In this document: positions 55,209 through 64,000 of the stretch, one piece after another
Layout of the letters: the number at the start of each line of letters is the position of its first letter
Numbering within the stretch: position 1 is the stretch's first letter
Assembly: GCA_041639215.1 (NCBI GenBank)
Contig: JBEQCP010000002.1
Span: 118,844-182,843, forward strand
DNA length: 64,000 bases
From: Pseudomonadota bacterium
Lineage (GTDB): Bacteria > Pseudomonadota > Gammaproteobacteria > Burkholderiales > Thiobacillaceae
Reading direction: 5' to 3'
Notes under the pieces: model-generated
Told to the model about the DNA's origin: nothing
The model's input: the letters and a program-made list of their open reading frames with translations, nothing else
Database searches by the model: none
Made by a program: the position numbers and the translations under genes

Positions 55209-57548
55209 ATGTCTGCTGACTATATTGTGCCGCTTGATGCATTGTCGATGGTGGATGTGCCGCGCGTCGGCGGCAAGAACGCCTCGCTCGGCGAGATGAT
55301 CCGCAACCTTGCCGGCGCGGGCGTAAAGGTTCCGGGCGGCTTCGCCACCACGGCGCAGGCGTTCTGGGAGTTTCTCGACCACAACGACCTGCGGGCGCGC
55401 ATCAACGCGCGGCTGGCGCCGCTCGATGTCGCCGACGTGACGGCGCTCGCCGCCGCCGGTGCCGATATCCGTGGCTGGGTCGAGGCGGCCGCCCTGCCGC
55501 CCGCGCTGGAGACGGGCCTGCGCAACGCCTACGCCGCGCTCGGTGAAAACGTTTCGGTCGCGGTGCGCTCGTCGGCCACCGCCGAGGACCTGCCCGACGC
55601 CTCGTTCGCCGGCCAGCAGGAAACCTATCTGCACGTGCAGGGCGCCGACGCGCTGCTGCTGTATGTGAAGAAGGTGTTCGCCTCGCTCTACAACGACCGT
55701 GCCATCGCCTACCGGGTGCACCACGGTTTCGCGCACGCCGACGTCGCACTGTCGGCCGGCGTGCAGCGCATGGTGCGTTCCGACATCGCCTGCTCGGGCG
55801 TGCTGTTCACCCTCGACACCGAGTCCGGCTTCCGCGACGTGGTGTTCATCACCGCCGCTTACGGGCTGGGCGAGACCGTGGTGCAGGGCTCGGTCAATCC
55901 GGACGAGTTCTACGTGCACAAGCCGCGGCTCGCCGACGGCTTCCCCGCCGTGGTGCGGCGCGAACTGGGCGGCAAGGCGATCCGCATGGTGTGGCGCGAT
56001 GGCGAAACCGTGATCGAGGACACGCCGGCCGAGTTGAGGCGGCGCTATGCGCTCAGCGATGCCGAGGTGCTGGAGCTGGCGCGCCAGGCGGTGCAGATCG
56101 AGCGCCACTACGGCCGCCCGATGGACGTCGAGTGGGCGAAGGACGGTGACAGCGGCGAGCTCTTCATCGTGCAGGCGCGTCCGGAAACGGTGAAGGCGCG
56201 CGGCGCCGGCGAATCCGAGCGCTACGTGCTGAAAGGCAGCGGCGAGGTGCGCATCACCGGCCGCGCGATCGGCCAGAAGATCGGCGCCGGCCCGGTGCGG
56301 GTGATCGCGAGCCCGGCCGAGATGAACCGGGTGCAGCCCGGCGACGTGCTGGTGACCGACATGACCGACCCCGACTGGGAGCCGGTGATGAAGCGTGCGG
56401 CAGCGATCGTCACCAACCGCGGCGGCCGCACCTGCCATGCCGCCATCGTCGCGCGCGAACTCGGCATCCCGGCGGTGGTCGGCGCGGGCCATGCAACCGA
56501 GGTGCTGAAGGATGGCGAGCCGGTGACGGTGTCGTGTGCCGAGGGCGACACCGGCACGGTCTATGCCGGGCTGCTGCCCTACGAGGTCGAGACGCTGGCG
56601 AGCGAGACGCTGCCGGCGCTGCCGCTCAAGCTGATGATGAACGTCGGCAACCCCGAACGCGCGTTCGAATTCGCGCAGATCCCCAACCACGGCATCGGCC
56701 TCGCGCGCCTCGAATTCATCATCGCGCGCATGATCGGCGTGCACCCGCTGGCGCTGCTCGACTACGCCGGCCAGACACCCGAGTTGCGCGCCGAGATCGA
56801 TGCGCGCAGTGCCGGCTACGCCGACCCGGTGGCGTTCTACGTCGACAAGCTGGCGGAGGGTATCGCCACGCTGGCGGCGGCGTTCTGGCCGCAGCCGGTG
56901 ATCGTGCGCCTGTCCGACTTCAAGTCGAACGAATACGCCAATCTGGTGGGCGGCGAGCGCTACGAGCCGAAGGAGGAAAATCCGATGCTCGGGCTGCGCG
57001 GCGCGGCACGCTATGTATCGGCGATGTTCCGCCCGGCGTTCGAGCTGGAATGCCGCGCGCTGAAGCAGGTGCGCGAGACGCTCGGCTTCACCAACGTCGA
57101 GGTGATGATTCCCTTCGTGCGCACGGTCGACGAATGCGCGGCGGTGGTCGGGTTGCTGCGCGATAACGGCCTTGCACGCGGCGAGCAGGGCCTGCGCCTG
57201 GTCATGATGTGCGAAATCCCGTCCAACGTGCTGCTGGCCGACGACTTCCTGCAGCACGTCGACGGCTTTTCCATCGGCAGCAACGACCTCACCCAGCTCA
57301 CCCTCGGCATCGACCGCGATTCCGGCCTGGTGGCGGAAAGCTTCGACGAGCGCAACCCGGCGGTGAAAAAGCTGCTGGCCGAGGCGATCGCCGCGTGCAG
57401 GCGCCATGCCAAGTACATCGGCATCTGCGGCCAAGGGCCGAGCGATCACCCCGACCTCGCCGAATGGCTGGTGGAACAGGGCATCGGCTCGATTTCGCTC
57501 AACCCGGATACGGTGGTGGCGACCTGGCGCCGTCTCGCCCGTACGTGA
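55209..57548 (+). CDS. ppsA: Phosphoenolpyruvate synthase
   Basis: 779 aa with [11 protein letters not shown] and the phospho-histidine motif [15 protein letters not shown]. Confidence 0.96.
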   Translation: MSADYIVPLDALSMVDVPRVGGKNASLGEMIRNLAGAGVKVPGGFATTAQAFWEFLDHNDLRARINARLAPLDVADVTALAAAGADIRGWVEAAALPPALETGLRNAYAALGENVSVAVRSSATAEDLPDASFAGQQETYLHVQGADALLLYVKKVFASLYNDRAIAYRVHHGFAHADVALSAGVQRMVRSDIACSGVLFTLDTESGFRDVVFITAAYGLGETVVQGSVNPDEFYVHKPRLADGFPAVVRRELGGKAIRMVWRDGETVIEDTPAELRRRYALSDAEVLELARQAVQIERHYGRPMDVEWAKDGDSGELFIVQARPETVKARGAGESERYVLKGSGEVRITGRAIGQKIGAGPVRVIASPAEMNRVQPGDVLVTDMTDPDWEPVMKRAAAIVTNRGGRTCHAAIVARELGIPAVVGAGHATEVLKDGEPVTVSCAEGDTGTVYAGLLPYEVETLASETLPALPLKLMMNVGNPERAFEFAQIPNHGIGLARLEFIIARMIGVHPLALLDYAGQTPELRAEIDARSAGYADPVAFYVDKLAEGIATLAAAFWPQPVIVRLSDFKSNEYANLVGGERYEPKEENPMLGLRGAARYVSAMFRPAFELECRALKQVRETLGFTNVEVMIPFVRTVDECAAVVGLLRDNGLARGEQGLRLVMMCEIPSNVLLADDFLQHVDGFSIGSNDLTQLTLGIDRDSGLVAESFDERNPAVKKLLAEAIAACRRHAKYIGICGQGPSDHPDLAEWLVEQGIGSISLNPDTVVATWRRLART

Positions 57549-57568
57549 TGACAGAAGGAAGAAACACC

Positions 57569-58003
57569 ATGCAGACGACCGCGCCGCGCAGAAGCTGGCT
57601 CAAATGGCTGATTGGGGCGGCGGCGCTGCCGCTGCTGGTTTTCGCCGCCTATCTCGCCTTTGTGCTGAACTGGTCGTATTCCGACGGCGAACGCGCCGGC
57701 TACCTGCAGAAATTCTCGCGCAAGGGCTGGGTGTGCAAGACCTGGGAAGGCGAGCTGGCGATGACCACGGTCCCCGGTGTGGCGCCGGTGCTGTGGAATT
57801 TCACGGTGCGCGACGAGGCGGTGGCCGGCCAGCTCAATGCCCTGCTGGGCAGGCGCATCGTGCTGCATTACGAGGAGCACCGCGGCATTCCCACCACCTG
57901 TTTCGGCGACACCGGCCATTTCGTGACCCGCGTGCAGGAAATCGGGGAATCCCCCCCGATGTGGCCGGCTCCCGGCCACGCCTCAGGCACCGCTCGTCCC
58001 TGA
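57569..58003 (+). CDS. Hypothetical membrane-anchored protein
   Basis: 144 aa from the ATG after AGGAAG, with an N-terminal TM (WLKWLIGAAALPLLVFAAYLAFVL). The rest of the ORF-track frame upstream overlaps ppsA. Confidence 0.6.
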   Translation: MQTTAPRRSWLKWLIGAAALPLLVFAAYLAFVLNWSYSDGERAGYLQKFSRKGWVCKTWEGELAMTTVPGVAPVLWNFTVRDEAVAGQLNALLGRRIVLHYEEHRGIPTTCFGDTGHFVTRVQEIGESPPMWPAPGHASGTARP

Positions 58004-58067
58004 GGCGGCCAGCCGCGCCATGGCGGGGGCATGGCCTGTCATTGAGCCATCACCGGCGATGGAGTAG

Positions 58068-60573
<2,506 letters not shown>

Positions 60574-60574
<1 letters not shown>

Positions 60575-60674
60575 TCCGCGAATGCCCGAAGGGCATAAAG
60601 GACGCGAAGAAACGCGAAGAAAACCCAAGTTCTGTCTTGTCTTTACTTCGCGGCCCTTCGCGTTCTTCGCGGAT
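60574..60674. repeat. Palindromic intergenic element built from inverted triplets of CGCGAAG (copy B)
   Basis: Same ATCCGCGAAG...CTTCGCGGAT termini as copy A. The left arm carries a 17-nt insertion containing the mini-hairpin ATGCCC-GAA-GGGCAT. The first base is the last base of the kdsA stop codon. Confidence 0.8.
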
Positions 60675-60690
60675 GAAAATTGAATTTTAA

Positions 60691-64000
<3,310 letters not shown>

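Overview
This is a high-GC (about two-thirds GC) chromosomal window. Its gene order looks betaproteobacterial (ndk-rlmN-pilW-rodZ-ispG-hisS-yfgM-bamB-der, hflX-hflK-hflC-hisZ-purA, pepA-holC-valS, lptFG, pyrG-kdsA-eno-ftsB, zipA-ligA). The organism appears to be a sulfur oxidiser. The first 12 kb hold a soxXYZA operon, moaC, a periplasmic TlpA-type thioredoxin, a cytoplasm-facing three-subunit molybdoenzyme that fits SoeABC sulfite dehydrogenase, and a rhodanese-TusA-DsrE-like sulfur-relay trio. Most of the remainder is tightly packed housekeeping DNA with many 1-4 nt start/stop overlaps and one tRNA-Leu(CAG). I found no CRISPR array, integrase, transposase, prophage or recognisable defence island, and I cannot honestly name a clear novel multi-gene system. 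Four loci remain least explained. (1) The canonical der-hfq-hflX junction is broken by a 1.8-kb insert: two abutting small ORFs I cannot place, plus a GalT-type HIT nucleotidyltransferase. Only a truncated hfq-like relic is left against the hflX start. (2) A palindromic intergenic repeat family is built from inverted triplets of the heptamer CGCGAAG, with two full copies and one half copy. (3) An atypical GT-B glycosyltransferase sits directly upstream of an E. coli-type ycaO. (4) A FadL-like porin gene of about 50% GC is bracketed by terminators. All product calls come from motif and family recognition by eye, with no searches run. Start codons were refined where the ORF track over-extends.
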